Assembly (NCBI GenBank): GCA_951406725.2
Contig: OX597817.1
Span: 39,866,001-39,930,000 of the forward strand
Length of the DNA stretch: 64,000 nucleotides
Origin: Octopus vulgaris
Lineage: Eukaryota
Direction of reading: 5' to 3'
Shown here: positions 62,863 through 64,000 of the stretch, in pieces
Layout: each line of letters begins with the position of its first letter
Position numbering within the stretch: the first letter of the stretch is position 1
Position numbers and translations under genes: made by a program
The notes under the pieces: generated by a model
Database searches by the model: none
The model's input: only the letters and a program-made list of their open reading frames with translations
What the model was told of the DNA's origin: nothing

Positions 62863-63079
62863 CATCATCATCATTTAATGTCCATTTTCCATGCTGGCAT
62901 GGATTGGATGGTATGACAGGAGCTGTCCAGATTCCAATTGTCTGTTATGACATAGTTTATATGACTGGATGCCCTTCCTAATGCCAACTATTTTACAGGA
63001 TGTACTGGGTGCTTTTTACATGCCACCAGCACAAGTATGTTTACACAGCACCAGCATGAGTGCATTGACACCGGCAGAT

Positions 63080-63111
<32 letters not shown>

Positions 63112-64000
63112 CTCACACACACACACCATAAAATATAAGATCAGTTGATTTTTGTAATAAGGATTATCTGTTATTTATCCCTTTGCTTTTGCTAACAAGA
63201 AGTTGTGAAGTTCATGCTTTTCCTAATATACTATCAAAATAAATGAACTTCTTTATCTCTAAGCAAGAATTGAAATTTCATGGAGTTGATGAGCTCTTAG
63301 ACTTGAAAAATTTTTGACACGATGTTAAAGCTTAAACATGGAGCAATTTAGTTCCTATTCTCACTTATTTATTTTAGTATAATAATTTGTGAACTATAAT
63401 GTCATTGGTTACAAGTTTCTTATTAACCAATCACTGGTTCACTGTATTTCTGGCAGTGACACTGCAAAGGGTGTGTGAGCATTCACATTCTTCTCTAAAA
63501 TATGGTGAAATATATAAACACACATGCACACAAGCGAACCCATGTATGCAATAAGTAGTTTCTGTTTATCAAATTTCATTCCCATGGTATTGAAGGATCT
63601 GATGCTTTCAGTGCCATGCATTGATATCAAACTCAGAGCCACATGGCAGCTCAGTAAACTTCTTAAACACTTGTTTGTACCTGTACCTATATAACAGATA
63701 GCTCACATCTTGGAATTACTTCATCTCAGTTCCATAGATGATGCATCCAATAAGCTATAAACATAATGATTTCTCAGTTTTTCTTCCATAAATCCTTGTG
63801 GTCCATGCTCTAAAACATGGAGCAAGGATTATTGGAAACTTAAAACTATTTTCTTAAATTAATTTTCTTTATCATCATCATCACCATTATCATTACTATC
63901 TTTTTTCTTCCTGTTTTTCTCATCCATAATACGCAATCTTCTCAAGCTGGATTCAACTACTTCATCCAAAATATTTTTTGAGCTTAGAACTGACATAAAT

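Overview
AT-rich eukaryotic (animal) genomic DNA. The SINE families and the density of (TA)n/(CA)n microsatellites suggest a coleoid cephalopod such as Octopus; this is inferred, not confirmed. The whole window lies inside one large + strand gene. I found 16 internal GT-AG exons (3384 nt, 1128 codons, no stops, all phase 0) encoding a spectrin-repeat rod of the nesprin-1/MSP-300 type. Exon lengths follow a near-exact 165/327/~153-nt triplet, and each triplet encodes a two-repeat unit. The introns carry a two-LTR Ty3/gypsy element lacking RT/RNase H, a CR1-group APE-RT LINE, RTE and R4-like LINE fragments, Penelope-like remnants with decayed hammerhead ribozyme motifs, a head-to-tail Helitron dimer, mariner- and piggyBac-type MITEs, many tRNA-derived SINEs (several hosting nested insertions) and several long fold-back hairpins. 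Most ORF-track entries are microsatellite or repeat artefacts. I see no prokaryotic-type systems. All coordinates were read by eye, so repeat boundaries are approximate.
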